Below, piece after piece: positions 9,367 to 20,173 of a stretch of DNA of 64,000 nucleotides. The notes beneath the pieces are model-generated. The model did not search any database and had not been told where the DNA came from. It saw only the letters and a program-made list of their open reading frames with translations. Each line of letters starts with the position of its first letter. Positions within the stretch are counted from its first letter, which is position 1. The translations under genes were made by a program, and so were the position numbers. The stretch is from an uncultured Clostridia bacterium (lineage in GTDB: Bacteria; Bacillota; Clostridia; Christensenellales; UBA1242), in assembly GCA_944345705.1 (NCBI GenBank), contig CALVML010000001.1:34871-98870 (forward strand). The letters run 5' to 3'.

Positions 9367-12084
9367 ATGGATAAACAAATATGTGAAATCAAAAGTCAAG
9401 ATCAAAAAGCAAAGAAAAAAATTGTCATTAATTGGTCAAAAGTTTTAGAATATTCTCTGCCAGCAATCATTTCTATTGCGATCATACTATTTGCCATGAT
9501 TGTAAAAGGGATTGCACCATTTGGCACAAATTCCATTGGCTATATTGATTTCAATGATGGGCTTGTTCCAGCATATACTCAACTTTGGGATTTATTTCAT
9601 GGAAATGGCAATATTTTTGTCGATTGGGATCTAGGTGCTGGCGGAAGTGTAATCACTTCATTTGTTATTAATAGTTTTTTATCGCCTATTTCATGGCTTG
9701 TTGCTATCTTTCCTAGAGAGCAGGTTATTTATGGTATAAGTCTGCTTGTTATTATCAAATTTGCATTGATGGCAACAACTTCATATATCTGCTTTAAGAA
9801 GTTCTTTCCAAATGTAAATAAATGGTTAATTTTGCTATTCTCTCTTGTTTGGACTTTTTCAGGTTGGAGCATGGTACATTATACAAATATCGGCTGGCTT
9901 GATATAATGATATTGCTTCCGCTTTTTATTCTTGCGATGAGAAAGCTTGTGCTTTATGGGAAAATCACATGGGCTACTATAATATTGACCTATATGCTAA
10001 TGCTATCTTACTATATTTCTTATATGGTTTTAGTAGGGGTTGTTGTAATCGCTACTGTTTATATTTGTACTCTTGCAAAAGATAAAAAGAAGGTGGCTTC
10101 GCTTATTTTTTGGACAATATTAATAAGCATTCTTATCAGCATGGTAGCTTTCATTCCGTCATGTTTGATTTCACTTCAAGCACATAGATTTGAAAGTGGA
10201 AATGTAGAGGCAGGTTTATTCGATTATTTCTTTAGTAAGCTTATAGTTTTATTTATGACAGCATTGCCAGCAGTTTTCTTTGGCAGATTGATGCTTACAT
10301 ATAAAAAAGATAAGAAAGTTGTATTGTTCTTTATGTTATCATTCATTATCTGTTCAATCGGTATCTTAATTGAGCCTATAAATGAGATGTGGCATACAGG
10401 AAGTTTTTATTCTTTTCCTTTTAGATATAGTTTTATTTTAATATTGCTTTTGATATTTGGAGCTCTTTATTATATAGAAAAATATAAAAGTAATGTAAAG
10501 GATGAAAATGAAATAGTAAAAGTCGAAAAACCTAGCGCTCGTTTGCTTCTTATTTTAATACCATCTTTAATTTGCCTAACTGTTTTAACAATTGTCCTTG
10601 CTATTTTTGGTATGCGTCTAATTCCTTATAATAAAGCAAATTTTGCTGAATTTATACTGTATTTTCTATTCTTTATTTTGACCTATATTTCTATTGAATG
10701 TATGTTTCGATTGAAAAATAAAAAATTGATTTTAGGCAAGCTTAGTGGTGGTGTACTGATTTTTGCACTATGTTTAGTTCAAATAGTTTGTCTATCTGTT
10801 GGATATTTTGGCACAAATTATGATTCAAATAATGAAAGGGTAACAAATGTTTTCAACATTGAAACTTCGGCTCTTGCTGAGGGGTATAAAATAAAAGATA
10901 GAGAAACACTTTATAACCACAATTTTGGCTATATGATTGATTATCCGACTTTGTCTACATGGATACATATTTCAAGTGAAGAACAGTTTGTCGGCCATAA
11001 TTCTCTAGGTTATAACTCGTCTTCTACAATCTTGTTTTCATCAGGTGGCACAATGCTGACTGATATGCTACTTGGCAATAAATACATTTTATCAAGAGAG
11101 GAGTTAGATACTAATTATTATACATTATTAGATGAATTTGATTATGTTGCTACTGAATACGTTCTAAATGCTGGACAGATTGAGAATGAAAAACAAGATC
11201 AAAAGGTATACCTTTACGAATATAATTTTGATATTGGAATGGCCTATGCTACTAATGTAGATCTATCCAAACTGACACTTGATAAAGGATATGTTGAAAA
11301 TCAAAATATATTATTTAAAGCTCTTTACAACACTGAAGAAAATGTAATGTTTGAAATATCGCAAGATGTAATCACTATTACACAAACTGATACTGGATAT
11401 AAGGTAGATGTTGAAGTGCCGGTTGGTGAAAACATTTATTTTGAAAGCGACAGCAATCTTTTTAATGCTGATATAATCGTTAACGGATACATGCGGACAG
11501 TCTATAGTGGATTGAATGATTTGGGAATTTCTAAAGAAAATATTATATCATTCGAAATTGTAGATGAAAATAACGAATATTCGCTTGAAGATATTCAAAA
11601 TGCTTTTAAATTTAGTTTTTTTAATGTAGATAGATTTATTTCATATCATAATAATTATGAAATCTTGCAGTTGCTACTTATTCAGGACGGAAAGAGTTTG
11701 AGAATAGAAGTTAATAACGATAATTATAATTATCTATTTATTCCATATATTAATCTTGCTAATATGAATGGTTCTCTCAATAGTGATGCTGTCACTGTCA
11801 GTGGTGCACTTAGTGCCTATATGCAGATCAATATTGAAGATGGTGAGAATGTTGTAGTAGTAACTTACCAGCCTAAATATGTAGATCTATGTTTAATTGT
11901 TACACTTGTATCACTTTTAATATTTATTATATTTGCCATTTTAAATTGGAGATTTAATATTGCAAGCAACAAATATGTAATTTGGACAGGGTTTATAGGC
12001 TCTTGTATTGTGCTAGGTGCAGTAGGTATTTTAGTTTATATAAAACCATTCTTCTATGATTTCTTCTTGCGTATTTTTACTTAA
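9367..12084 (+). CDS. YfhO-family multi-pass membrane glycosyltransferase-like protein
   Basis: 905 aa, many TM segments; GIAPFG, LSPISWL, WLD.MILLP, MWH.GS...FP.RYSF motifs. Confidence 0.8.
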   Translation: MDKQICEIKSQDQKAKKKIVINWSKVLEYSLPAIISIAIILFAMIVKGIAPFGTNSIGYIDFNDGLVPAYTQLWDLFHGNGNIFVDWDLGAGGSVITSFVINSFLSPISWLVAIFPREQVIYGISLLVIIKFALMATTSYICFKKFFPNVNKWLILLFSLVWTFSGWSMVHYTNIGWLDIMILLPLFILAMRKLVLYGKITWATIILTYMLMLSYYISYMVLVGVVVIATVYICTLAKDKKKVASLIFWTILISILISMVAFIPSCLISLQAHRFESGNVEAGLFDYFFSKLIVLFMTALPAVFFGRLMLTYKKDKKVVLFFMLSFIICSIGILIEPINEMWHTGSFYSFPFRYSFILILLLIFGALYYIEKYKSNVKDENEIVKVEKPSARLLLILIPSLICLTVLTIVLAIFGMRLIPYNKANFAEFILYFLFFILTYISIECMFRLKNKKLILGKLSGGVLIFALCLVQIVCLSVGYFGTNYDSNNERVTNVFNIETSALAEGYKIKDRETLYNHNFGYMIDYPTLSTWIHISSEEQFVGHNSLGYNSSSTILFSSGGTMLTDMLLGNKYILSREELDTNYYTLLDEFDYVATEYVLNAGQIENEKQDQKVYLYEYNFDIGMAYATNVDLSKLTLDKGYVENQNILFKALYNTEENVMFEISQDVITITQTDTGYKVDVEVPVGENIYFESDSNLFNADIIVNGYMRTVYSGLNDLGISKENIISFEIVDENNEYSLEDIQNAFKFSFFNVDRFISYHNNYEILQLLLIQDGKSLRIEVNNDNYNYLFIPYINLANMNGSLNSDAVTVSGALSAYMQINIEDGENVVVVTYQPKYVDLCLIVTLVSLLIFIIFAILNWRFNIASNKYVIWTGFIGSCIVLGAVGILVYIKPFFYDFFLRIFT

Positions 12085-12118
12085 AACAATTTAATTTATT
12101 TATGAAAATTTTAGCTTG

Positions 12119-12148
12119 AGAGTACTTTAAAAAAAGTACTCTTTTTTA
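12119..12148 (+). terminator. Intrinsic terminator
   Basis: AGAGTACTT...AAGTACTCT stem plus T run. Confidence 0.65.
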
Positions 12149-12255
12149 CTGCCATCATCACTTTCATCCTATCTAACAAGTCTAATTTTGACTTTTGTTG
12201 TCATATTTGCAAAACCAGCATTTATCTTTCATAATCTATTGCAAAGGGAATTGTT

Positions 12256-13161
12256 ATGTTAGATAAAATTTTACCTAATGACATTTATAAAATATTAAAA
12301 TATAAAGTCAATCTAAATTCAATAAATGAAATAAGAATGCGAGCAGATAAACCTATTGTCTTGCAAATAGGTGGCAAACGCATATTTTTAGGCGAAAACG
12401 GAGTTACAAGCAACATTAAAGATGCAATCTATGCAAGCAAGATTATGGTAGAAGATGTGATTTTTAGAGCGAGTGAGTGTTCGCTATATTCAGTTAATGA
12501 ACAAATAAAAAAAGGCTTTATTGTAACTGAGGGTGGTATAAGGCTTGGACTTGGCGGAGATATTATCGAAGAAAATGGTCAAATAAAGACAATGACAAAT
12601 TACTCAAGTGTAAATATTCGTCTGCCACATGAAGTTCGAAATTGCTCTCTTTCTACATTTGATTATCTTGTGAATGTAAATGGTGTAATGAACACGCTAG
12701 TGGTTTCTCCTCCAGGTGCTGGAAAAACTACCTTTTTACGCGACTTTATATATCAACTATCGGAAAGAAATTATGCTTACAATGTACTTGTACTTGATGA
12801 GCGTGGAGAGTTAGATATCGGTCAAAAGGGTTGTATAGGTTCTTTTAGCGATAAAATATCCTTCGCTAGAAAATCGATAGGTTTTGAAAATGGTATTAGA
12901 TCACTAAGTCCTAACATCATTGTGACAGATGAACTCGGTCAAAAAGAGGATATTGATGCAATTCTCTATGCAATCAATAGTGGTGTTAAAATTTTTGCTT
13001 CAATTCATAGTGACAGTCTTGAAAACCTATCCAAAAAGCCTTTTTTTAAACCTATTTTAGCAGAAAAGGTCTTTCAAAGATATGTACTTTTGTCTATGCG
13101 AAATGGTCCAGGTACTGTTGAAGGAGTTTACAATGAAAATTTTTCAAGAGTTGTATTATAG
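12256..13161 (+). CDS. spoIIIAA: Stage III sporulation protein AA (ATPase)
   Basis: SPPGAGKTTFLRD, LDERGE, TDELG motifs; first gene of an 8-gene operon. Confidence 0.95.
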   Translation: MLDKILPNDIYKILKYKVNLNSINEIRMRADKPIVLQIGGKRIFLGENGVTSNIKDAIYASKIMVEDVIFRASECSLYSVNEQIKKGFIVTEGGIRLGLGGDIIEENGQIKTMTNYSSVNIRLPHEVRNCSLSTFDYLVNVNGVMNTLVVSPPGAGKTTFLRDFIYQLSERNYAYNVLVLDERGELDIGQKGCIGSFSDKISFARKSIGFENGIRSLSPNIIVTDELGQKEDIDAILYAINSGVKIFASIHSDSLENLSKKPFFKPILAEKVFQRYVLLSMRNGPGTVEGVYNENFSRVVL

Positions 13162-13170
13162 GAGAAAGTT

Positions 13171-13665
13171 ATGAAAATTTTGATTTTAGTTTTACTCTTT
13201 CTTGTAAGTGTATATATTGGTTATCTTTTTTCTCGAAAATATAAAACGCGAGATAATTTTTTCAAAGCAATCATTTATCTATGTCAAAAGTTTGATATTG
13301 AAATAAACTATTCTCGCCAAAAAATGAAATCTATTTTTGATTCAATTGATGAAAAATATAAAAAAGATTTAAAAGGACTAGATAAAAATTTTCTGGCATT
13401 TGTGGATAAAGAAATGTCACTAGATAAAGAAAGTTTATTTAAAAATATCGGCTTCTTAAAAGAAGAGGAGAAAGATATCATATTTAATTTTTTTAAGTCG
13501 CTTGGACGCAGTGATGTAGAGAGTCAATCTAAAGAAATCAAAAACTTTTTAAATAGATTTGAAGATTTTAGTTTAAAGGCTTCGCAAGAGCAAAAGAAAT
13601 ATGGCTCGTTATCAATAAAACTAGGAGTCGCTTTTGGACTTATGGTGATAGTACTTTTCATATAA
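13171..13665 (+). CDS. spoIIIAB: Stage III sporulation protein AB
   Basis: N- and C-terminal TM, LGRSD.ESQ motif, operon order. Confidence 0.9.
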   Translation: MKILILVLLFLVSVYIGYLFSRKYKTRDNFFKAIIYLCQKFDIEINYSRQKMKSIFDSIDEKYKKDLKGLDKNFLAFVDKEMSLDKESLFKNIGFLKEEEKDIIFNFFKSLGRSDVESQSKEIKNFLNRFEDFSLKASQEQKKYGSLSIKLGVAFGLMVIVLFI

Positions 13666-13678
13666 AAGGTGAGTGATT

Positions 13679-13873
13679 ATGGATGTAGATATTATCTTTA
13701 AGATTGCCGCTATTGGCATTTTGACCGCAATTATTGGACAGGTTTTAAAACAAACAGGAAAAGATGAAATTTCAACACTTGCAACACTTGCAGGTCTAAT
13801 AATTGTGCTTATTATGGTGCTAAATCTTATTGCAGATTTATTCACTTCATTAAAGACAATTTTTAATTTTTAA
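13679..13873 (+). CDS. spoIIIAC: Stage III sporulation protein AC
   Basis: MDVDIIFKIAAIGIL..LATLAGLII. Confidence 0.95.
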   Translation: MDVDIIFKIAAIGILTAIIGQVLKQTGKDEISTLATLAGLIIVLIMVLNLIADLFTSLKTIFNF

Positions 13874-13886
13874 ATTTTGAGGTGTC

Positions 13887-14276
13887 ATGGATATTATATT
13901 CAAAATAATAGCAATTGGGCTTATAACATGTGTCGCCACACTTATTGTAAGGCCTGTGCGAGCCGATTTTGCAATTATAATAAGCATTGTTGGTGGACTT
14001 ATAATCATCTTTTTGATTATAAATTATCTCACCGGCATTTTTGATATTATTAATCAAATTTTAGGCATTAGTGGTATTAACTCTGGTCTTTATACAGTAC
14101 TTTTGAAGATTATTGGCATTGGTTATCTAATAGAGTTTACAGCGAGCATTTGTGCAGATACTGGCAATTCAAGTTTGGGTGACAAGGTTCTTCTTGGCGG
14201 GAAAATAATAATTATGGTTATGGCACTTCCTATCATTACCACTATCTTAGATATTATTATGGAGCTTTTGCCATGA
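13887..14276 (+). CDS. spoIIIAD: Stage III sporulation protein AD
   Basis: LLKIIGIGYLIEFTASICADTG..KV.LGGK. Confidence 0.95.
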   Translation: MDIIFKIIAIGLITCVATLIVRPVRADFAIIISIVGGLIIIFLIINYLTGIFDIINQILGISGINSGLYTVLLKIIGIGYLIEFTASICADTGNSSLGDKVLLGGKIIIMVMALPIITTILDIIMELLP

Positions 14277-15505
14277 GAAAATTAAGAGTAGATAAGCGAA
14301 GATATATTTTAATAATGCTAATTATATTTCTGGCAATACTTGCAATATTTTTCCCGTCAATTAAACATATAACAAACGCAGAAAATGTCGCCGAAGATGA
14401 ACTTTCGCAGGAAGAAATTTTACAGGAAATTGAAGATGAACTGGGAAATCAACTCGATAATCTAGATATGTCATCAATTGAAAATTTGCTTGATAGTTTA
14501 ACGGATGAAGAACTTGCACTCTTTGGCAAAAAAGGGTTTTTAGATAAAATTACAAGTCTGTTATCTGGCGAAATATCTCAAGGATCAAGTCTTTGGACAA
14601 GTATTTTAGAAATCTTTTTTGATAGTCTTTTGGAAATTATACCGTTTATTTCAATCATAATTGCTGTCGCACTTTTAGGCAATTTAATACAAGGGCTTAA
14701 GCCAACAAAAGGCGAAAAGAGTATATCAAATTTGATACATTTTGTGACTTATGGAATAATCGTTGTAATCGTCTTATCCATTGTCGTCAAAATGATTACT
14801 ATGACTACAAATACAATCTTCACTTTAAAAAATCAAATGGATGCCATTTTTCCACTATTACTAACTTTACTGACTGCAGTAGGTGGTACAGTTTCAGTGA
14901 GTGTTTATCAGCCAGCTATGGCATTACTGTCAAGCGTCATAATCAATCTATTTACTTATGTTCTTATGCCACTCTTTATATTCTCAATTATTTTCAGTGT
15001 AGTATCTAATCTTTCAAATACTATAAAACTTGATAAATTTACATCATTTTTTAATAGTACATTCAAATGGATAACAGGTTTAATTTTCACGATATTCACT
15101 GCATTTCTATCTATACAAGGTATAACTGCAGGCTCGATAGACGGAATTTCAATCAAAACCGCAAAATATGCGATAAAATCTTATGTTCCAATCTTAGGCT
15201 CTTATATAAGTGACGGTATGGGTGTAATTTTGGCTTCATCAAATCTAATTAAAAACGCGGTCGGTGCAAGTGGCTTATTTTTACTTTTAGCAAGTATTAT
15301 CACACCGATCTTGCAACTAGTATTATTCATGTTGGCACTAAAACTTGTCAGTGCCATCATAGAGCCTTTAGGTAGTAAACAAATTGCAAATTTTGTATCT
15401 TCTCTTTCAAAAAACATGACTTTATTAATTGTAACTATTGTAGGCATAGCCTTTGCAAGTTTTATAACAATTGGACTTGTAATGTGCAGTGCAAATATCT
15501 TCTAG
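14273..15505 (+). CDS. spoIIIAE: Stage III sporulation protein AE
   Basis: DGISIKTAKY..VPILG..IKNAVG motif. Confidence 0.95.
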   Translation: MRKLRVDKRRYILIMLIIFLAILAIFFPSIKHITNAENVAEDELSQEEILQEIEDELGNQLDNLDMSSIENLLDSLTDEELALFGKKGFLDKITSLLSGEISQGSSLWTSILEIFFDSLLEIIPFISIIIAVALLGNLIQGLKPTKGEKSISNLIHFVTYGIIVVIVLSIVVKMITMTTNTIFTLKNQMDAIFPLLLTLLTAVGGTVSVSVYQPAMALLSSVIINLFTYVLMPLFIFSIIFSVVSNLSNTIKLDKFTSFFNSTFKWITGLIFTIFTAFLSIQGITAGSIDGISIKTAKYAIKSYVPILGSYISDGMGVILASSNLIKNAVGASGLFLLLASIITPILQLVLFMLALKLVSAIIEPLGSKQIANFVSSLSKNMTLLIVTIVGIAFASFITIGLVMCSANIF

Positions 15506-15516
15506 GAGGCGAAAGT

Positions 15517-16017
15517 ATGCTTTCGGAATTATCAAATTGGATACTTTCAATAGCAGGAATAATTTGTGTTTCAGTCATTGTCGAACTTATTTTGCCTGAT
15601 GGACAAATGAATAGATATATAAAGGGAATATTTTCATTTATCATTATTTTGGTAGTTATTATGCCTATACCAAAATTGTTAAATAGAGATTTTGACTTTT
15701 CTAATATATTCGATAATAGTGGATATGAAATAGACAGTGATTACCTCTATCAAGTCAATCTTGACAAGATGAATAGTGTGAAAAATGAGATTGAAAAACA
15801 GATTGAAAAAAGAGGCTATCTTAATGTTGTGGTATCTATAAATTGTGACATTTTTGATAACAGTATGCAATATAAATCTATTTTTGTCGATTTATCTGAT
15901 TTAGTCATATCTGGACAAGCGGAGCATAACAATATATCGAAGATTAAGAAGGATATATCAAGCATTATTATGGCAATTATTGATATAGACGAGGAGGCAA
16001 TCTTATATGACGGATAG
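15517..16017 (+). CDS. spoIIIAF: Stage III sporulation protein AF
   Basis: W..SI......ELILPDG.M.RYIK; SD GGAGG before ATG 15517. Confidence 0.9.
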   Translation: MLSELSNWILSIAGIICVSVIVELILPDGQMNRYIKGIFSFIIILVVIMPIPKLLNRDFDFSNIFDNSGYEIDSDYLYQVNLDKMNSVKNEIEKQIEKRGYLNVVVSINCDIFDNSMQYKSIFVDLSDLVISGQAEHNNISKIKKDISSIIMAIIDIDEEAILYDG

Positions 16018-16549
16018 TTTTAAAACAAGAATTAAAAGTATGTTTGAGAAAGTAAGAAAAATTAAACATATAGAGATCTATCTAACAGTTTTCGTTGCAA
16101 TAATAATCGCCATAATATATTTTTCACTTATTTCTTCAAATAGCGCTCAAGGCGACTCATCTACAAATGATGACAATATAACTCAAGAATTTTCATCTTC
16201 CATGGAATATGTAAACTATCTTGAGAATAAACTTGAAAATGTATTAACAAAAGTCAAAGGTGCAGGAAATGTTGAAGTTGCAATCACACTAGAAAAAGGT
16301 TTTGAGTACATCTATGCAACTGAAGAAGAAACCAAAACGACATCTAATGGGACAAGCATTACAAGCGAAACTGTTGTTATGGTCGATGGACAACCTTTAT
16401 TACTCGAAGAAATCTATCCTATTGTGCAGGGCATTGTGGTAGTATCAAGTGGAGCTGATGACTTAAGCGTTAAACTTAATATACTATCGGTTTTGCAGAC
16501 TGTGATAGAAATAGACAACTCTAAGATAAATATAATTTGCGGAAATTAA
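16007..16549 (+). CDS. spoIIIAG: Stage III sporulation protein AG
   Basis: LENKLENVL.KVKGAGNVEV.IT and P.VQGIVVVSSGA. Confidence 0.92.
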   Translation: MTDSFKTRIKSMFEKVRKIKHIEIYLTVFVAIIIAIIYFSLISSNSAQGDSSTNDDNITQEFSSSMEYVNYLENKLENVLTKVKGAGNVEVAITLEKGFEYIYATEEETKTTSNGTSITSETVVMVDGQPLLLEEIYPIVQGIVVVSSGADDLSVKLNILSVLQTVIEIDNSKINIICGN

Positions 16550-16560
16550 AAGGAGTTAAT

Positions 16561-17034
16561 ATGAAAAAAAGAACAAAAATTATAATAATTACAGTTATGG
16601 TTTTACTTCTCGGTGTAACAGGCTTTTTAAATGTTATGCTAAATAATTCTGTAAGCAATAGTGACAATGACAATACACAAACTACGGCTAGTTATTTTCA
16701 AACCTATCGTTCAGATAGAGAATCTACTCGCGACCAAGAAATGCTCTATTATGATGCAATTATTGCAAGTGAAACCTCAACAGAAGACGCCATCAAAAGT
16801 GCAGAGGAAAGCAAACTTGCTCTTATTGAACAAATGGAACAAGAACTCGTTGTTGAAGGTTTAATCAAAGCAAAAGGCTTTGAAGATTGTGTAGTAACTA
16901 TTTCAGGCGAAAATATCAATGCGGTTGTTAAGGCAAGTGAATTGTCGTCAGCTCAAGTTGCTCAAATTGTTTCAATATTGCAAGCACAATTTAATGTTGA
17001 TATTGATTATATCAAAATTATTCCTGTAGAATAA
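16561..17034 (+). CDS. spoIIIAH: Stage III sporulation protein AH
   Basis: YF..YRSDRE..R and EGLIKAKGFEDCVV; SD AGGAG before ATG 16561. Confidence 0.93.
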   Translation: MKKRTKIIIITVMVLLLGVTGFLNVMLNNSVSNSDNDNTQTTASYFQTYRSDRESTRDQEMLYYDAIIASETSTEDAIKSAEESKLALIEQMEQELVVEGLIKAKGFEDCVVTISGENINAVVKASELSSAQVAQIVSILQAQFNVDIDYIKIIPVE

Positions 17035-17081
17035 TTGCAAAATTGTAAAGTTTTGTGCTATACTATGGTGTATAGGAGATT

Positions 17082-17450
17082 ATGATGACACAATCAAACA
17101 AAACACTACAGAAAAAGGGCAAAGTTGAAATTGATAGAGATATTCTTTTATCTATTATCAACCTTGCAACTAAAGAAATAAACGGCGTACATTCACTTAC
17201 AAACAGTTACCTGCCACTCATAAAAAAACTTGCAAAACCTAAATCTGAAGGCGTGAGTATTAGATTTGATACAAATGGAGCTTTGAATGTTGATGTTTAT
17301 ATCAAAGTATATATAGGTTATAATGTTCCGGATGTAGCATATAGGGTACAAGAAAATATCAAGAATTCTCTTGCATCTATGGTAGGTCTTAAACCTGGCA
17401 AAATCAATGTTCATGTTTTAGATGTTGAATGTGATGAGCAGGTGCAGTAA
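17082..17450 (+). CDS. Asp23/Gls24 family envelope stress protein
   Basis: G.NVPDVAYRVQENIK..L..M.GL....INVHV; usual position before nusB. Confidence 0.9.
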   Translation: MMTQSNKTLQKKGKVEIDRDILLSIINLATKEINGVHSLTNSYLPLIKKLAKPKSEGVSIRFDTNGALNVDVYIKVYIGYNVPDVAYRVQENIKNSLASMVGLKPGKINVHVLDVECDEQVQ

Positions 17451-17839
17451 TGAGAGCATACGCTAGGGAACTTGCATTTCAAATCATCTTTGAAAAACTT
17501 TTCGTCAAAAATCAAGATATTGACGAAGAGTTTTTTGTGTCATTAAAAAAAGAAGAAGACAGGGAATTTGCAATTAGTATCGTAAGAAATTACATAGACA
17601 ATAGAGAAGAAATTGAAAAACTTATTGAAAGCCATTTGATAGGTTATGAACTTAGTAGAGTTTTCAAAGTTGACCTTGCTTTAATAAGTGAAGCATTAAG
17701 TGAAATAATTTACTTAAAAACTCCGGTTAGCATTGCTATAAACGAGGTTGTCAATCTTGCAAAAAAATACTCGACTGAGAAGAGCGGAAGATTTATAAAT
17801 GGCGTTCTATCAAGCATTGTGAAAGATTTAAATATTTAA
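17450..17839 (+). CDS. nusB: Transcription antitermination factor NusB
   Basis: ARELAFQ; AINEVVNLAKKYS..SGRFINGVL. Confidence 0.96.
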   Translation: MRAYARELAFQIIFEKLFVKNQDIDEEFFVSLKKEEDREFAISIVRNYIDNREEIEKLIESHLIGYELSRVFKVDLALISEALSEIIYLKTPVSIAINEVVNLAKKYSTEKSGRFINGVLSSIVKDLNI

Positions 17840-17867
17840 AGATTTTATTATTTAAAAGCGGAAAATT

Positions 17868-19049
17868 ATGGAAGCAATTACAGTTTCAAAATTAAATAAC
17901 TATATAAAACAAATATTTGACGCTGAAGAACTTTTGCACAACATACCTGTAGTAGGCGAAATTTTTGGTGTAAGCGTTTCAAGAAATGTCATCTATTTTT
18001 CATTAAAAGATGAAAGTAGCATGCTTTCTTGTGTTTGCTTTTATCCTAATTTCTTGCCACTTTTAAATGAAGGTGACAAGGTGATTGTTACAGGCTCACC
18101 AAATTATTATGTCAAGGGTGGAAAACTAAACTTTAATGTAATTAAAGTGGAAAAAGTTGGGCAAGGGCAACTTTATGAAAACTTTTTAAAACTTAAAGAT
18201 ACACTTGAAAAAGAAGGACTATTTGATAGTGCACATAAAAAACCGCTTCCTAAAAAGATTGAAAGAATAGGTGTAATAACTTCAAGAGATGGTGCGGTTA
18301 TTCAAGATATAAAGAATATTGCATGGCGTAGAAATCCTACAGTCGATATTGTTCTCTATAATACTAGGGTACAAGGCAAAGAGGCAGAAAATGAGATTGC
18401 TCATGCCATCGATGTTATGGGAAAATATCCTAATATTGATGTGATTATTGTTGCAAGAGGCGGTGGCTCACTTGAAGACCTATGGGCATATAATACTGAG
18501 ATTGTGGCTAGAAGTACCTATAATTGTCCAAAGCCAATAATATCTGCAGTCGGGCATGAAACAGATTTTTCAATCATTGATTTTGTAAGCGATTTAAGAG
18601 CGCCTACGCCATCAGCCGCAGCAGAACTATTAACTTTCAATATAGATGATAGAAGAGCAGAAATAGCGGGGATAGAGCAGGTTTTAAAACGCGCAATATC
18701 AAAATTCATAGAGCTTAAGAAAAATGAAGTCCAGAGATTGTCTTATAGCTTTTTAAACTCCATCGATAGAAAAATTTCAATTTGTCAAAACAACAATATA
18801 AATTATAAAAATCTTTTTATCCAGACAATTGAAAGATTTTTAAATCAAAAAAATTATGAATTAGGTCTTGCTGAAACAACTATATCCAAAATAAATCCAT
18901 TAAAAATTCTTTCCATGGGATTTGCGAAAATAGAGCAAGATGGAAAATCAATAAGTACACTTATGCAATTTGATTATGACAAAGAATTTAATGTTGCGTT
19001 CATTGATGGAAAACTAAATGCAAAAGCAATCAAAAATAAAGGAGAATAA
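17868..19049 (+). CDS. xseA: Exodeoxyribonuclease VII large subunit
   Basis: ARGGGSLEDLW, SAVGHETD, RAPTPSAAAE. Confidence 0.97.
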   Translation: MEAITVSKLNNYIKQIFDAEELLHNIPVVGEIFGVSVSRNVIYFSLKDESSMLSCVCFYPNFLPLLNEGDKVIVTGSPNYYVKGGKLNFNVIKVEKVGQGQLYENFLKLKDTLEKEGLFDSAHKKPLPKKIERIGVITSRDGAVIQDIKNIAWRRNPTVDIVLYNTRVQGKEAENEIAHAIDVMGKYPNIDVIIVARGGGSLEDLWAYNTEIVARSTYNCPKPIISAVGHETDFSIIDFVSDLRAPTPSAAAELLTFNIDDRRAEIAGIEQVLKRAISKFIELKKNEVQRLSYSFLNSIDRKISICQNNNINYKNLFIQTIERFLNQKNYELGLAETTISKINPLKILSMGFAKIEQDGKSISTLMQFDYDKEFNVAFIDGKLNAKAIKNKGE

Positions 19050-19050
19050 T

Positions 19051-19275
19051 ATGAGCGAAAATATAAATAACAACGAGCTTACTTATGAAAGTGCTACAAA
19101 GAAACTATATGAAATAATTGATCAAATAGAAAATGGACAGGTGACACTAGAAAAGACAAATTCTCTTCTTGAAGAAGGGAAAAATTTAATAGAATTTTGC
19201 TATAAATCACTTGATAAAACTAAAGGAAAACTTACAGAAGTCAAAGAGATTTTAGATAAATTAGAAGAGGAGTAA
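19051..19275 (+). CDS. xseB: Exodeoxyribonuclease VII small subunit
   Basis: TYESA...L..I...IE.G...LE....EEG..L...C...L; SD GGAG before ATG 19051. Confidence 0.92.
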   Translation: MSENINNNELTYESATKKLYEIIDQIENGQVTLEKTNSLLEEGKNLIEFCYKSLDKTKGKLTEVKEILDKLEEE

Positions 19276-19377
19276 TAAAAATTTTACTTTATATTTTTTA
19301 AATTGAAAATTTCTTAGGTTATTCGACAAAATTAGACTTTAGATCATATAAATAATTCTCATTTCATATATTATCAT

Positions 19378-19941
19378 GTGAGAAAAAGATATAATAAAGT
19401 GGCTATCCAAAATTATCAAGGACTAAAAAAATATGTATGGGCTATTAGAATGTTCTTGATAGCTATAAGCCTATCTTTATTTTTTGGTTTTATCAGTCAA
19501 ACACTATTAAATAGCATGGGCATAATAGTTGCGACTATTTGTATTTCATTTTTTATCTTTTTATCAGTTTTATTTGACATGATAGGCATTGCTGCTGCAT
19601 CTGCCGATATTGAATATTTTGTTGAACTTGAAAAAAGGAATGAAAAGGGTGCCAGCACTGGAATTAAACTATGCAAACATTCAGAGAAAGTATGTTCATT
19701 TTGTGCAGATGTTGTAGGTGATATTTGTAGTACACTTTGCGGTGCGGGCGGCGCATGTATTGTAGTTGCATTGACAAATCAGATTGCTGATAGCAACATA
19801 ATACTTTTAATTTCAATTTCAGTATCTGCTTTAATCGCAGGCATCAGTATATTTTTTAAAGCTATTATGAAAGAAAGAGCCTTGCGCAGAGCAAATAAGA
19901 TTATTCTTAATATTGCTATAATGCTTGATACATTTCTTTAA
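19378..19941 (+). CDS. Hypothetical membrane protein (CNNM/CorB TM-like)
   Basis: About 4 TM segments; FDMIGIAAASAD and KVCSFCADVVGDIC motifs. Confidence 0.6.
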   Translation: MRKRYNKVAIQNYQGLKKYVWAIRMFLIAISLSLFFGFISQTLLNSMGIIVATICISFFIFLSVLFDMIGIAAASADIEYFVELEKRNEKGASTGIKLCKHSEKVCSFCADVVGDICSTLCGAGGACIVVALTNQIADSNIILLISISVSALIAGISIFFKAIMKERALRRANKIILNIAIMLDTFL

Positions 19942-20040
19942 TCTCAATTCAATTGAAATAAAGATATAATAATTTAAAAAATATAAAAAATTTTTATTAA
20001 ATTATTGACAAATATATTTAGATGTGTTATATTATTTAGC

Positions 20041-20153
20041 GTGAAAGAAGAAGTTCCACTTCTCACCAGTTGATAATCGCGTTGACTTGGTTAAAAAACT
20101 TTATATTGATTTAAAAGGTTTTTGGTGGAATTTTATGATTTCACCAAATTTTT
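20041..20153 (+). promoter_or_regulatory. L20 ribosomal leader (infC-rpmI-rplT attenuator)
   Basis: AGAAG..CTTCTCACC..GGT hallmark, terminator TTGGTGGAAT..ATTTCACCAA-T run, behind TTGACA-17-TATTAT promoter (20005-20033). Confidence 0.8.
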
Positions 20154-20173
20154 ATTAAAAGGGGATTATAATC

